Shown piece by piece: positions 37,252-49,591 of a stretch of DNA of 64,000 bases. The DNA is from Craspedostauros australis (taxonomy: Eukaryota), in assembly GCA_030167865.1 (NCBI GenBank), contig JALAGF010001625.1, positions 1-64,000 of the forward strand, given 5' to 3'. Under the pieces are notes generated by a model, which made no database searches, was not told the DNA's origin, and was given only the letters and a program-made list of their open reading frames with translations. Made by a program: the position numbers and the translations under genes. Positions within the stretch are counted from its first letter, which is position 1. Every line of letters begins with the position of its first letter.

Positions 37252-37839
37252 TCAATCATCCTTCTTGGCACTTAGAGATTGCTTTCCCAACTGCTCTTCA
37301 CTGCCAGCATCAGCGCCAGCACCTGGTATTCCAAGAAATCCATTCAGCAATCGAGGGAAGGAGGTGTCGTCGCCGCCTGGATGCGGAACTGGTTCAAACT
37401 CTGCGATTCTCCGCCAAGCGCCATTGACGGTGCCATCGTCCAACAGCCGTTCCGGGCACTCCACAACCATCAGGTAGCCCCTTTCTGCCATCGCGTTCGC
37501 CAGCTCCAGCTGGTGATTGTCCATCAGATCGGTGTTGATCGTGACGATCAGCTTCTTCCGATCCGACCGTCCCAGCACCTCCATGATCGTTCCCGCACCC
37601 GCGTGGCTGACGATCAGATCGGCGGAACAAATGTCATCCTCCAGGCTGTCCTTGAAATCGTAAGCGTGGCACTGAAGCTCTGTGCCATCCACGAAGGACG
37701 GCGCTTTCCCCCTCCCGTGCTGGATGGTCAATCGATCGTATCCCTGCGATGCCATCCAATCCATGGCCACGGGACTTGTCATGGCGTTGACGAGCTTGTC
37801 GAATTGGGTCGTGCCGACGGTCACGAACATGGATTTCAT
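37252..37839 (-). CDS. ALG13: UDP-N-acetylglucosamine transferase subunit ALG13 (GT28 C-terminal)
   Basis: Motifs FVTVGTTQFDKL, IQHGRG, ADLIVSHAGAGT and LMDNHQLELA. Confidence 0.95.
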   Translation of the reverse strand: MKSMFVTVGTTQFDKLVNAMTSPVAMDWMASQGYDRLTIQHGRGKAPSFVDGTELQCHAYDFKDSLEDDICSADLIVSHAGAGTIMEVLGRSDRKKLIVTINTDLMDNHQLELANAMAERGYLMVVECPERLLDDGTVNGAWRRIAEFEPVPHPGGDDTSFPRLLNGFLGIPGAGADAGSEEQLGKQSLSAKKDD

Positions 37840-38409
37840 CGCGTGATCGTTGGGGTGGCTCTGTTTGGTTTGAAGGTTGTCTTGGGGGTTGTCGTGGAAC
37901 CTGTTTTGGAGCTTGGGTTATGATGTGTTTCTGTCTCTACTTCGCAATACAGTGCACCATGTATCGTGAAGTGCTTGGGATGACGTTTGTTCTGATGAGG
38001 CGTCAGCAGATGTGAGAGGATGAACTTCGGAGTGCTCCGCAGCAATGCCGAGGATGGAGGGAGATCATGTTCTTTTTTGCCTCAAGTGTCCCAATTTGTG
38101 ATGCCCTGCAAAAGAACTAACAAAGATACGCACTAGTGCATACAAGTGCATACTGCTTCGAATGCAAAAACATCATCCTCCCACCACTAATTGCACATCT
38201 CTATTGGCACCATAACATCACTCCTACTCTCATTATGCCATTACTCTCTCTGTAGAGAGTGCTATGATCGCATGTGCCACTATGTATCAATATGTATGTA
38301 TCTGCCTATTATCTTGATTACGACAATACCAAAACTTGGGCACTCTGATCGACCCAATCCTATCTTTCACACCCTAAGAGTACTAAGCCCTGCTCTTCCA
38401 TCCTGCTTT

Positions 38410-40467
38410 TCACTCTCCTCTCCATTCTGCGGCAGGCCCGAACAAATCATTGGGTTGCCGACGCAGCTGCTGATTGGGATCCAGAACGGACGTGTCCAAT
38501 GGCAATGATTGCATGCCTGGGCCTCCGTCCGCACCGCCTCCCTCCGCTTCTATACCGTCACGGTTGGCGTTGATGAAGACCTCCAGCTGCAGCGTTTGCA
38601 ATCGAATGATCTCCACCAGCAGGTCCGGCTCCGACTTGAGCTCGTCCAGACCGATGTTGATCTTGTTGTCGCCCAGATTCTCAAGGATGAAGTCCAGTGC
38701 GGTGTCCTTCAACCCCGTGGCGGTGTACTGGTGGCTGGTGATGAGGATGCTAATCACATTCTCGGCAGTGATCTCGCGTCGGATGACATCCTCACACAAC
38801 GCCTTGAGACGGTCGAGCAGGAAGTGTTCGCTGGCGACCAGCAGGTGGATGCCGAGGTCGAGGGATACATCCACCACCGTGTCCGTGTAGATGAATTCCA
38901 GCACGCGCAGGAACACTTCGTGCGAGACATCCGGGAGGCTGATGGCACCACTGCCCCTGTCGCCGCCGATGCCTGCCGCGACCGAGGTCTGCGACGACTG
39001 CACGGATTCTCGCATCCCGTTGAAGAGAAGGACGCGGAAGTACTCGGATCGCACCGCCAGAATGGAGCGATGGGCGTGCACCTCTTGCCCATCCACCAGA
39101 AACCTGACGTCTGACATTTCCGGCTGATTGAGTAGCCGACGGAAATCGTTGACGAGGGCAGACGGCGGGATGGCGATCGGCTTCAACCGGAACTTGTAAA
39201 AGTCGTTGAGCACGTTGTTCCCGTTGTAGCCGCCGAAGATGTACATGTCGCTGCCGTAGATCTGCGCCACGAGGGAGGACCGCCCGCTGGGCGCATCCTC
39301 ATGGCGGCAAAAGATCTCCGACCAATGGCTGGTCTCAAAGTCATATGCGTACATGTCGTCCAGCCGCTCACAACCGGAGTAGCCGCCGTAAAGGTACATC
39401 TTGTTGCCGTACAGGCTGCAGGAATGGAAGTACCTGGGAGATGGCACTGTGCCCAAGTTCGGCATCTGCTTCCATGCGTAGGTGCTGAGGTCGCAGGCGA
39501 AGAAGTCATCCTTGCGCTCCACGCCATCGTAGCCTCCCTGAATGTATACGTGCGTGTCGTCCTTGGCCCAGGCAGGGCAGGATCGCACGGAGGGCAGCTC
39601 CCCCTTGGCATCAATCTCACTCCATTGCCTCGTCTCGAAGTCGAACACGTACATGTCGTTGCACCAGCGGTTGCCGTCAAACCCACCGAACAGAACCAGC
39701 TTGTTGTTGTGCACCACGCTCACGTATCCGAAACGTCTGGACGGGACCTTCCCTTGCACGGAGATCGTGGCGGTGACAGCGGAAATGGCAGCGCCGGCAG
39801 CATCGCCGTTGCCATCCCTCGACGCGCTCACCGATCCATCTCCCGGAACCGCCTGAACAGGTGCCGACGGGTTTGACGATGTGGATGTGGAAGTGGAAAC
39901 CGAGATTGAATTCGAGGTCGAAGCCGAAGTCGATGAGGTGGAGGTCGACGAATCCGACGATTCCTGCACGCAAGTCCACTGCTTGCTCTCAATGTCGTAC
40001 TGCCACAGATCGTTGAGCCATGATGTGCCGTCGTAACCACCGAAGAGGTAGATCGATCGGCTAGAATCGGAGATGACGACGCCATTGTTCTCGCGGCATC
40101 CCGGCCTTGGGGTTCCCACGACCTCCACCTCCTCCCACCTCAACGTGTCGAAGTCGAAGGAGTAGAAGTCATCGAGCCGTCCCGTGCCGCCACCGTAGCC
40201 TCCGAACATGTACAGCTTGCCCCGCACGACAACGGACGCCGCGCCTGACCGCGGTGGGGGGATTGTGCTTTGCGGGTGGATGCTGACCTTGGACCACACG
40301 AAGTTCTGCGGTTCACCAAGTTTGTTGGACGTGCCTGGCAGCTGCGATTGCACACGTGCAACAGAAGATGATCTCATCCCGTGGTTGCTGCCATGCCGTC
40401 GATGTTGTCGAGGCTGTCGATGCTGCTGCTGCCTTTGCAGTTGATGGTGCTGTTGGTGTGTTGACAT
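38410..40467 (-). CDS. Kelch-repeat and BTB/POZ domain protein (LZTR1-like Cullin-3 adaptor)
   Basis: Six kelch blades (PxxR...hFGGY/F). BTB domain SDVRFLVDGQEVHAHRSILAVRSEYF...FLRVLEFIYTD followed by BACK-like helices. Confidence 0.9.
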   Translation of the reverse strand: MSTHQQHHQLQRQQQHRQPRQHRRHGSNHGMRSSSVARVQSQLPGTSNKLGEPQNFVWSKVSIHPQSTIPPPRSGAASVVVRGKLYMFGGYGGGTGRLDDFYSFDFDTLRWEEVEVVGTPRPGCRENNGVVISDSSRSIYLFGGYDGTSWLNDLWQYDIESKQWTCVQESSDSSTSTSSTSASTSNSISVSTSTSTSSNPSAPVQAVPGDGSVSASRDGNGDAAGAAISAVTATISVQGKVPSRRFGYVSVVHNNKLVLFGGFDGNRWCNDMYVFDFETRQWSEIDAKGELPSVRSCPAWAKDDTHVYIQGGYDGVERKDDFFACDLSTYAWKQMPNLGTVPSPRYFHSCSLYGNKMYLYGGYSGCERLDDMYAYDFETSHWSEIFCRHEDAPSGRSSLVAQIYGSDMYIFGGYNGNNVLNDFYKFRLKPIAIPPSALVNDFRRLLNQPEMSDVRFLVDGQEVHAHRSILAVRSEYFRVLLFNGMRESVQSSQTSVAAGIGGDRGSGAISLPDVSHEVFLRVLEFIYTDTVVDVSLDLGIHLLVASEHFLLDRLKALCEDVIRREITAENVISILITSHQYTATGLKDTALDFILENLGDNKINIGLDELKSEPDLLVEIIRLQTLQLEVFINANRDGIEAEGGGADGGPGMQSLPLDTSVLDPNQQLRRQPNDLFGPAAEWRGE

Positions 40468-41307
40468 CTTCCAGTCCTTTTTCTAGTCTTGATGCTGATG
40501 TTCACGCTGATGTCTCTTGTCAGCACAATGCTGGAGCTCCTGCTGATGCAAGCACAGTGGGCGGAGCTAGAACGAGAGTAATCGTACTCGTACACGTACT
40601 CGGACCACCAATTGGTTTAGGGCTCTTTCGATAGATGAGATGTCGCTTGAAGTTGAACGGCCGGAGAGAGTCGAATATTGGTGGCTTTGTGTCCAGATCA
40701 ATCAAGCAATCAAGCAATCAATCGGATGCAATCGCTGACTGCAAGTGTCACTGCAGACGGATGATGGATGGTGGATGGTGGATGAATGGGCGCAGGGATG
40801 GGTTGGCATCCGCACCAATGACAGCTCCTCCCTCATTTGTTCCCTCAGCCTTGCGCCTCCATTGACATCCAAACACGCACTGTTTGTGTTGAAATGGTTG
40901 ACACCTCCGACAAAAACGACACAGAAACGTGATGTTTTGTTACGTGGGCGGAATTCTGTCTCTTTGGTGGGAATGCGGCAACCATTTGCACGACTCACTG
41001 GAGCAGGACGATTGCACTGATTGATTACTACGATTAACAGAGTTAGGGTACCGTCCATGCTCTTCATCGTGGCGCTCGTGTCTGATCGTGCTGGGCGTTG
41101 CGATGCATCCAAGCAGAATAACATGGAGTAGAGTACTCTAGAGAGAGAGAGAGCAATAGTACTCGAATTATCTACCACGAACACGGGCATGATGCGAGGA
41201 GAGTAGCTCGCATGCGGAGCAGTCGTCGAGTGTGTTGGTCTGCGCTGCATCATGTTGAATTGCATGCGATACCCTACATATGCCTTGCGTGTGCAAGATG
41301 AGCGAGC

Positions 41308-44300
41308 TTACTGATTCGCCAAGCTGTTGAGATCTTGCAGGAACGACTCCGGGGACAGGAACTCAGTTGACCCGACGATGATCTCCTTCGATTCCTTCTC
41401 CATCACCTCGCGGCACACACGTAGCTCGGAGAAGCTGATCCCGCCCACCATGAACAACATGCTACGCGCACCCGCGAAAGTGGAGCCGAACTTGCTGGCA
41501 CCTTGCTTCGCCGTCGTTCTGCTCCACTTGGATGTCGCGCCACCCTTCTTCCTTGCGCTGCCCTCCGCCTTGCCACGTCTGCGCGCGCTCACTGCGGATC
41601 CTGTGCTTGCTGCCATTTCGGGCATGGGGACGACGCTGGGGTAGTCCTCGATGCTCAGCTGGTTCGTCACCAACTCGTTGCAAATCGACTTTAGGCCAGG
41701 GACGTAACGCATCGAGGTGTACTCGCTGTCGTCGTCAAAGGAACCGGAGCTGACCAACTTGCCCTTCCTGATGTGTGAGATTGTCACAATATAGTTGTTT
41801 TTGTTCACGAGTATGGACAGGGCCGATGGTCATGATCATGAGAGCGTTGTCAACGTCAAGCGGCAACAACCAAGCAACAGCGGCGGTGTTGTGACGATGA
41901 AGAAAATATCCATAATGGAAGAGAGGGGAGTTGGGTGAGAGTATTGGACGTGGCCATTAGTTGGTGACAATGCAGTCAGCGCCAGTTGCTTGCAATGGCA
42001 GTGATCACGCGGGCGTTGCCCTTGGATGGAGTAGCTTTGATTTCATCGCGCATCATCACAGCGGCATGATCATGCAAGTATCATCCTCGAGGCCGAGCAT
42101 TGGGAGTATGCTCCGCACAGCAGAATGCGTAGAGCACTCCATACAGTAGTTGTAGCGCAGGGAAAGACGAGAGGCACGAGACACGAGACGCAATACTGAT
42201 GGAGTATGGCATCGTTCGAACCAGAATCTTTGACGATCACGCAACGCAACATGGCGTAATACAACGGAACTGGTACTCACCCGAAGAAACGTGAGGTTGC
42301 AGTGGTGGGGGCTTCGTTGATGGTGGAGATTCCAAGCTGCTCCAAACTGTTCAGAATGAGCATGCCATCACGGTCGAGCTGCGCAACTCTGAGGACGCGG
42401 TCACGGTCACCGTGCGACAATCCGTTCTGGCTGATGGTGGTCAACAAGACGAGGCGCAGACGTGCGGCCGGGTCTGTCATGCGCACCAAGGTGGCCTCCA
42501 CCTTGCTGATCATCTCTCCCATGTTCGGCGTGTTGCCATCCTCATCCTTGCCGGTGGCCAAGGTTTGCTCGATCTCCGCCAAGTCCAGCAGGCCCTCCGT
42601 TTTGAATTTGCCCATGCATTCGTGCGAGATGTTCATGTGCTGGGACAGCTTGCCCATGACTTCGCGGTACTCTGGAAGCGCCTTGAGCGCGTTGGCCATG
42701 TCGGTGAGGGACATGGAATCGCCGCCGGACTTCTTGGTCAGGCTGGATCCCGTGGACGAGTTCAGCATCTCCTGGATGCGGGAGGAAACGGTCTCGATGA
42801 CCTCGGCGATGTGCTTGCCCCTGAGTTCCACCCACAGCTCGTCCTTTTCGTTGAGGAGGACGTCCTTGTCCTCCTTGACGTTGGGGTCATCGGCGGATTC
42901 CGCCTTGTACGTGATCTTGTCGCCCTCCATGCCCAGGAGGTCGTTGACCATGGCCTGGTAGGTGAAGTCATGCATGAGCGGCGTGAGGCAGTCATCGGAA
43001 CGATCGAGCAGGAGCAGGGTGGAGCGATCACGTTCTGCATGCTTGTTCTCGCTCTTGCCGCTGCCGTGATACCACCAGGTGGGGTTGGCCGCCACAAACT
43101 CGTCCATCTTGAGATGGAACAACGACGCCAGGCTGCTGCAGACGCTGGACGCGTCCTTGTAGCGGATGTAGGGGTACTCGTTCATGGTGGCACACACGGT
43201 GACAAGGCGTTCGGCGATGGCCAGCTCGATGGGGCTGGGTCCCTTTCGCGCGTAGAAGGCGGGGAAGGCCTTGGGCATGTAGAGCTGGAATGCTCTTTCC
43301 TCACGCGAGAGGAAGTTGACATTGACCTCCGTCAGGGCCTTGAGGCGTTTGATGAGCTGCTTGCAGCTCTTGATCTCCGCAAGGACCTGGTCGGGTATCG
43401 TGCCGAGGAAGTAGACGAAGACGCTCTTTCCGTACAGCACCTTCTCCTTGGAGGCGAAGTCCTTGAGGAGCTTGCTGACGCTGTCCTTGTTGGGCTCGAT
43501 GATGTAGATGGCGCTCATGTCGCGGAATGGCGCCCTGGCCTTGTCCAATGACTCCACCAGCGAGATCTTGCGCTCCATGATGTCGTACATTCCCACCGCG
43601 GACGAGATGACACGCATCGATGGTTCATCGACGATCAAAATCTTCCATCCCGAATCCGTCGCTGCGCTCCGTCAAAAACAACGCACGAACAGTACATTGC
43701 GTGCATGCACAGTCGAATCATCGAATGTGTGTACCACACACGAGCAATGAATGATGCGTCGCATGTGGCACGTCGACGTGATGGTTGCGAAGGTAATGCA
43801 CAGTAGTTGATGCGATGACATCGATGTCGATGTTCGTAGCGAATGCATGTGTTTTCCGTTCACGGCGGTGTCGAAGTTTGCATTCACGGATCACCATAGA
43901 GTACGTCGAAGCCCATTGCGCGAGTGCGCATTCATGCATTCATTCGATGGCATCGTTGAATCATTCAGTGCAGCATCATTGAGAGTGAGACCCAATCATG
44001 ATGGCATCATGTCAATAGACAAGTATTATAGAATACGAGCATGGATACGGGCACATCTCAATTGCACACCGAGATCATCAGCCAGAGATTCGAGGCAGCA
44101 TCGTTGCAAAGGTCAAGGAGAAGGAGAAGAACTTGCAAAGTGAGTCATGGAAATGTGAATTGTGCACAACATGGCAAGCTGGAGAATGGCGCGACGAGTT
44201 TCTCTGCACGACTTGGTTGGGGAATGTCACGTCTCCTCTGTGTGTCTGTCTGTGTTTGTGCACATATGGACGTGTGTACGTGTGTGTGGCTGCGGCGAGG

Positions 44301-44667
44301 TAGAGACAGACACAGAGCTGTGATCGTGATCATGGATGGTCATTGTCCCCTTGAATGGTTCATGAAATGGTCATGAAATGCTGATGAAATGCTCACCTGA
44401 TGACGCCTCAAAGACATCCGCCAAGAACCGCTTCTGAACGCTCTGGCGCAATCCCAGCTGTTCCGGAAGCTGACCAGATGCCGTGCCGCTTCCTCGGCTG
44501 CCTCCGGATGCATTGCGGCTTCCCGTCCTTGCTGAGCCGGAGGATGCGGACGATGCCGTTCTCGAGGACTGACGCGCGCCGGAAGACGACGAGGACACTG
44601 AAGGCGAGGGCTTGGACCTGGCGCTGCCGCCGCTCTTCGAAGACCCTTTCTTTCGTGCCGAGGACAT
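41308..44667 (-). CDS. Sec1/Munc18 (SM) family protein; exons 44667-44397, 43661-42281, 41767-41308
   Basis: Motifs WKILIVD, AIYIIEP, VCATMNEYPYIRY, LLLLDRSDDCLTPLMHDFTYQAM and FMVGGISFSELR. Phase-1 and phase-2 GT-AG introns join three ORFs in frame (2112 nt). Confidence 0.93.
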
Positions 44668-46152
44668 GGTGCTGTTGCTGCTGCTGATGCTGCTCCTTCG
44701 CAGATCTCTCTCCTGTATGGCTCTCCGATCGGAGGATTCCCTTTGGTCTATTGGACAATGAGAGGAAGTGGTGCCCCTTGCTTGCCTTTCCTTTCCTTTC
44801 TTGTTCGCCTTCTGCTCCCGATCTTGCTCCTCTCTGATCTCTTGCTTTGGTCTTGTTGTTGGCGTTGTTGTTGGTTTTGGCTTTGCCTCCAACAAGGCGC
44901 ACCAGGATGGCGGGAAGCGAAAGCGGCGAATTGGATTCGTGTTGTTCCCTTGCGTTTCCTTGTTTTGCGGTGTCCTTTTGGCGTTGTGCTGTTACGGTCA
45001 CTTTCCTTTTCGTTGTGCTTCGTGTCGAACGAGTCGTGATGCCCAAAGCGAGCATTTCGATCGTGTTTCCGAAAACAGGAATCAACCTTGTCTTGGTTCG
45101 GCAATACTTTATGAATATATTTTAATCAACCGCAGCTTCCAAATTCCAGTCCCGATTTCATTTGGAGGGTACACAATACTGTTTGAGATATCCCGTTCAA
45201 GGTATCGTGTTTGTGAAACGCACATATCCACGATTTGGGCTCAGAATTCGCCATGGATGAGTCAGATGGGAAGGAACAACAATCAGCCATCACCAAATGC
45301 ACTCACACGCACGAGGACGGATGATGGCCAACAGCGAAGACTGTTGTTGGAACAATGGTGGTGTTGTCATGAAACTGAGAACTTTCGAATGTGTTCTATT
45401 GTCCTTCAGAGTGCACTGTGTGATGTGTCATCGATGCGCAGTTTGATGTGCTGACGCAGTTTGTGGTGTTGTGCACGTCATCGATAGGTGTTGCAAGTGA
45501 GGCCTCATCCATTCCTTCCGCCGCGATTATAGCCTCGCTCGCATCGTAGTGCCGCAGTGTGTGATATCCCTTGCACGACGGCGCTTCGAGATGATGGGGT
45601 GGCCACTGCCCATGCCAGACCAATCAAAACGAGAAAGAAGGGACACGTGATGAGTTTGTTGTGCCTCTCCAGTATGTTCGTATCTCTCTCTCTGTGAACT
45701 CTGACAGGAGATGACCGTTCGTGCGTCTCCGATGACGACACATGCCACGACCGCAACATCAGTGGTGCGCTGTTCACATGATGTGTGCTGTGCAATTGAC
45801 GTCACAGACGACTGTGATGTATGATGGACGAAGCGCGACGCATGATGATGATGATGGATCACTCGTGGGTGGCTATGTTCTCATTCGTATTCGTACTATG
45901 TTGTGGTGGAGTCCACATCATCCATCTTCTGACTCGGTCGTCCATCGCAACCATCGCAGCAGCGTGATGGATTCTCACGAGCTATGATCGAAATCGCAGC
46001 GCAAAGCGTGGTCGTTATCGTGGAAACGAACACATCAATTCATGGTGAGACACAGCATCACACATCGCATAGCCAACACCATCCGCCCCAGCCAGATCCT
46101 TCCTCACTTGCTCTCATAAAACAAACATTGTCTCAACACAAACCACCACCAC

Positions 46153-46153
46153 C

Positions 46154-46185
<32 letters not shown>
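46153..46185. repeat. (CAA)11 microsatellite immediately 5' of the LHC start codon
   Basis: Read directly from the sequence. Confidence 0.95.
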
Positions 46186-46196
46186 ACTATCCCAAA

Positions 46197-46982
46197 ATGA
46201 AGTTCGCCACTGCCACCATCTTTGCCGCCCTCGTTGGTGCCTCTTCCGCATTCGTCACCCCATCCGCCACCCTCCCAGCCTCTGCTCTGCGCATGTCCGA
46301 GACCCCATCCGAGGAGGTCACCGCCCCAGAGCCAGTTGCTGAGGTTGCCACCCCAGTTGCTCCAGCTGCCCCAAAGATGTCCGAGTCCATGCCATTCATG
46401 GAGCTCTCCCCCGCCCTCGACGGATCCCTCGCCGGCGACGTCGGTTTCGACCCACTTGGCTTCGCCAAGTCGCAGGCCGACCTCATGAAGTACCGCGAGG
46501 CCGAGATCAAGCACGCCCGTCTTGCCATGCTCGCCGCCGCTGGATGGCCAATCTCCGAGCTCTTCGACAAGAAGATCGCGGGAGCCCTCAACCTCCAGGC
46601 CGTCGTCGACGCCTCCGACCGTGCCCCATCCGTCCTCAACGGAGGCCTCGGAAAGATCTCCCCAATCTACTGGATCGCCGTCCTCGCCCTCGGAGCCGGA
46701 GTCGAGGTCATCGGACTCAAGAAAGCCAGCAGCACCTACCCAGACTACACCCCAGGTGACTTGGGTTTCGACCCACTCGGTGTCTTCCCAAAGACCGAGG
46801 AGGGCAAGAAGTGGTTCGAGCTCGCCGAGATCAAGAACGGACGTCTCGCGATGATCGCCATCACCGCCTTCGCCTTCCAGGAACTCGTCACTCAGGTCGG
46901 TGTCGTCGATGAGACACCAATCTTCTTCAAGCCACTCGGAACCGCCCTCAGAGAGGCCGCCAACGCTGGATACATCCAGTGA
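46197..46982 (+). CDS. Fucoxanthin-chlorophyll a/c light-harvesting protein, probably Lhcz-type
   Basis: ASSAFV presequence; motifs GDVGFDPLG, REAEIKHARLAM and AEIKNGRLAM. DRAPSVLNGGL suggests the Lhcz clade (subfamily call less certain). Confidence 0.93.
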   Translation: MKFATATIFAALVGASSAFVTPSATLPASALRMSETPSEEVTAPEPVAEVATPVAPAAPKMSESMPFMELSPALDGSLAGDVGFDPLGFAKSQADLMKYREAEIKHARLAMLAAAGWPISELFDKKIAGALNLQAVVDASDRAPSVLNGGLGKISPIYWIAVLALGAGVEVIGLKKASSTYPDYTPGDLGFDPLGVFPKTEEGKKWFELAEIKNGRLAMIAITAFAFQELVTQVGVVDETPIFFKPLGTALREAANAGYIQ

Positions 46983-47941
46983 GCGCATCCCACAATGAGC
47001 GGAATATCCATTGGCACAAGTGAGATCGACACCACATCTCACGGAACATTGAGAGACCAATGGATCGCTCTGCTCGACGGATAGAATAAGCGGGGCAACC
47101 CAAAAGGCCCAGGTCAACATCCACAAGGCAACAACGAGCACTCGAGGCACAGATCAAGTCAAGCCAAGCGACAACAGACAAGACAACGCATGATACCAAT
47201 AGATGAAACCAACAAATACACGCTGTCTTCATTTGTTCTGTGCAATGCTTGAGTACGAATCGTCAACATCTGCATGCCGTGATCTCCCTCGAACATTGCA
47301 GCAGCTTGCTACGGCAGCAGTCAGTGCATTGCTTTTTCTCATCTGCGTGCGAGCTGCGAGTATGGTACGACTATGGTAGGTACATATAATGATAGTCGTG
47401 GCTGGTGGGAAACAATGGAGCAGAGGTGCCGCATCCGCGCCGTACTCAAATGTGTTGCATGTTTCGGTATGACAAGTCTGGCAAGGTATGTAAGTGTAAG
47501 TTCATGTTGCTGGATGGTTGGTGCAATGCTTTGTTGCGGCACGGCATTCACTCGTTGCTCGAGCTTTACACTTGAGGCATAGCAGAGTGATGGAACATGG
47601 CGCGTGCCAGGATCGTGCCCGCGTGGCCATCGCACACACCAATCGACTGCTCGGTAATTCGTACACGACTGAGTGCTGCGTCACAGCAGACGGAGGCGCC
47701 CCGAGACAAAAAATGAGTCGGGCACCGTCTCGTGCAAAAAGAAAAATGGTGGTGGCCGTCTATGTTTGCCCAAATAAAATGAATAGCTACATTACGCATA
47801 GATCATCCGCTCTATGCTCTCGGGCGGAATGTCACCACCGGGCGACGTATCCCAAGGTCAGGAGATCCGGTCGTTTCTGTTTGCGCGCACATGTGTGCGC
47901 ACTAGAAGAGAAGTGTTACTGGATTGCTGGAAGCAAATGGC

Positions 47942-48772
47942 TTACTCCCATCCCTCGTCGGAGGCGGCAAGGACGTAGGCGGCGACATCAGCGATATCAT
48001 CGTCGTCGAGACGTCCTCCGAAGGCTGGCATGGCGTTCTTTCCGTTTGTGACCTGTGTGATGATGGAACCGGCGTTGCGTCCTCCCGTGAGGTACTGCTC
48101 CAGGGCCTCCTTCTCGAGGGTCTTCTCTGGCATGATCACGTTCTGGCCTCCGGCGTGGCAAGCGGCGCAGTTGGCGTTGAAGATGGTCTCACCGTTCTCA
48201 ACGTTGGCGGCCATGGCTGGCTGGGTGGCAACTCCGAAGGCGATGGCTCCGGCGGCGGCGGCCTGTGAATACGATCAGGAGAGTGGTTGCGGTTGTTGTT
48301 ATTGATCATGGGAAACATTGAGAAAGCAACGGACGGATTGTGGTTGGTGAGCGTTGATGCAGGTTGTGGGTGATGACAAAGTGTCGGCTTTCACATCGCC
48401 GTCCAGTTTAGCTCGTTCGGCACGATGTCCTGGAAAGCCATTTGCGTTCCTGCTCCATCCAGAATGCCTCTCGGTTGCAACAATGGGTATGACAAATGCG
48501 CGAACGCAGGTAGGGAGGCGCAGACAGCAAAGCAACCGATGGAGTTGAAAGGACGCCAACGTCGGGAGCTGTTCACCGCCGGATGCGATTGAATTCGCAT
48601 TTGCAGGCAACACGACAGCTCTTTTCGGCAGAGCTTTCGCTGCGCTTGCGACGCCGCTATTGCTATTGCTGTTGGAGCACGGATGGATGGAACGCACCTT
48701 GGCGACATCGGCCTTGTTGATGGAGAAGGCAGAGGCGGAGACGAGGAGGGTGGCGAAAACGGCGAGCTTCAT
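47942..48772 (-). CDS. petJ: Cytochrome c6 with tripartite (signal, transit, lumen) presequence; exons 48772-48698 and 48262-47942
   Basis: CAACH heme motif and [28 protein letters not shown] signal; hydrophobic segment ending AMA before the mature protein. Phase-0 intron. Confidence 0.96.
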
Positions 48773-49591
48773 GGTGGATGTATTGAAAAGGTGGTGTTGG
48801 TGTCGGGTTGGATTGGAGCTGGATTGCTTGATGGAATTGTGACTTCTGTGCGTCAGCTCCCGCAAAAGCCGCGAAACGCGACAAACTGGTGAAGATGTGC
48901 TGGTGGTGATGTCTTCATCGGACTGACACCCCAAGTTGACTTCAAAGATCGCGGCAACTTTCGCCGCACAATTCCGCGCAAAAAAAGCCATGAGAACACG
49001 TCACTGCGCTGTTTGGTGCTTGTGGAACTCCAGCAAACCAATTCGCAAACGCACTTGGGTTGATTGGCCCTGTAGGATCCTACCGACTCCTACACGTCTC
49101 CGCGTGCTTGACAGATGGTCGCTTCTCTCCCTGCTGATTCCATTTCTTCTCCGGTTCACTCTTGCGTCATTGGGGTTTGTCACATTCGAATGAGTCGATT
49201 TTCGAATCTGTTTGGGATTGTTCGATGTGCTGTCAAGGTGAAAAGGTCGTATGGGTCATAACATTCCAAGTTCCTTGTGTGCGCGCGTTGTTTCATCTTC
49301 GTTTCACGACTATTGTGGACGTTATATTGACGTTATCAGGTGTCTCATTTTCGAGTTTGAATTTCTCCACGGATCGTGTATTGTTGGCTTTGCTTTGTTG
49401 AGCGTTTCGTGTTGTGTGTTGTTGTTGTTTTGTGTTGCCGTTGTCTCGGACAACAGCAACGGCAGGTCTCACTGCCGACATCCTTGTTGGTGGTGGCCGA
49501 GAGCGAGAGTTGCAGCCGTTCTTGGGGGATCCTTGGTGGGCATTGAGGCAAGGGCAAAGGGCAAAGAACATCGCACTCGTATCGTGGTACT

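Noticed and set aside
42412-43551. 379-aa ORF antisense to Sec1, and similar shadows over EF-Ts and paralog 2
   Set aside because: Overlap well-supported genes and have non-protein-like composition.
46104-47150. 348-aa antisense ORF over the LHC gene (with poly-Cys/Trp end)
   Set aside because: Codon-bias shadow; the poly-Cys run is just the (CAA)n microsatellite read backwards.
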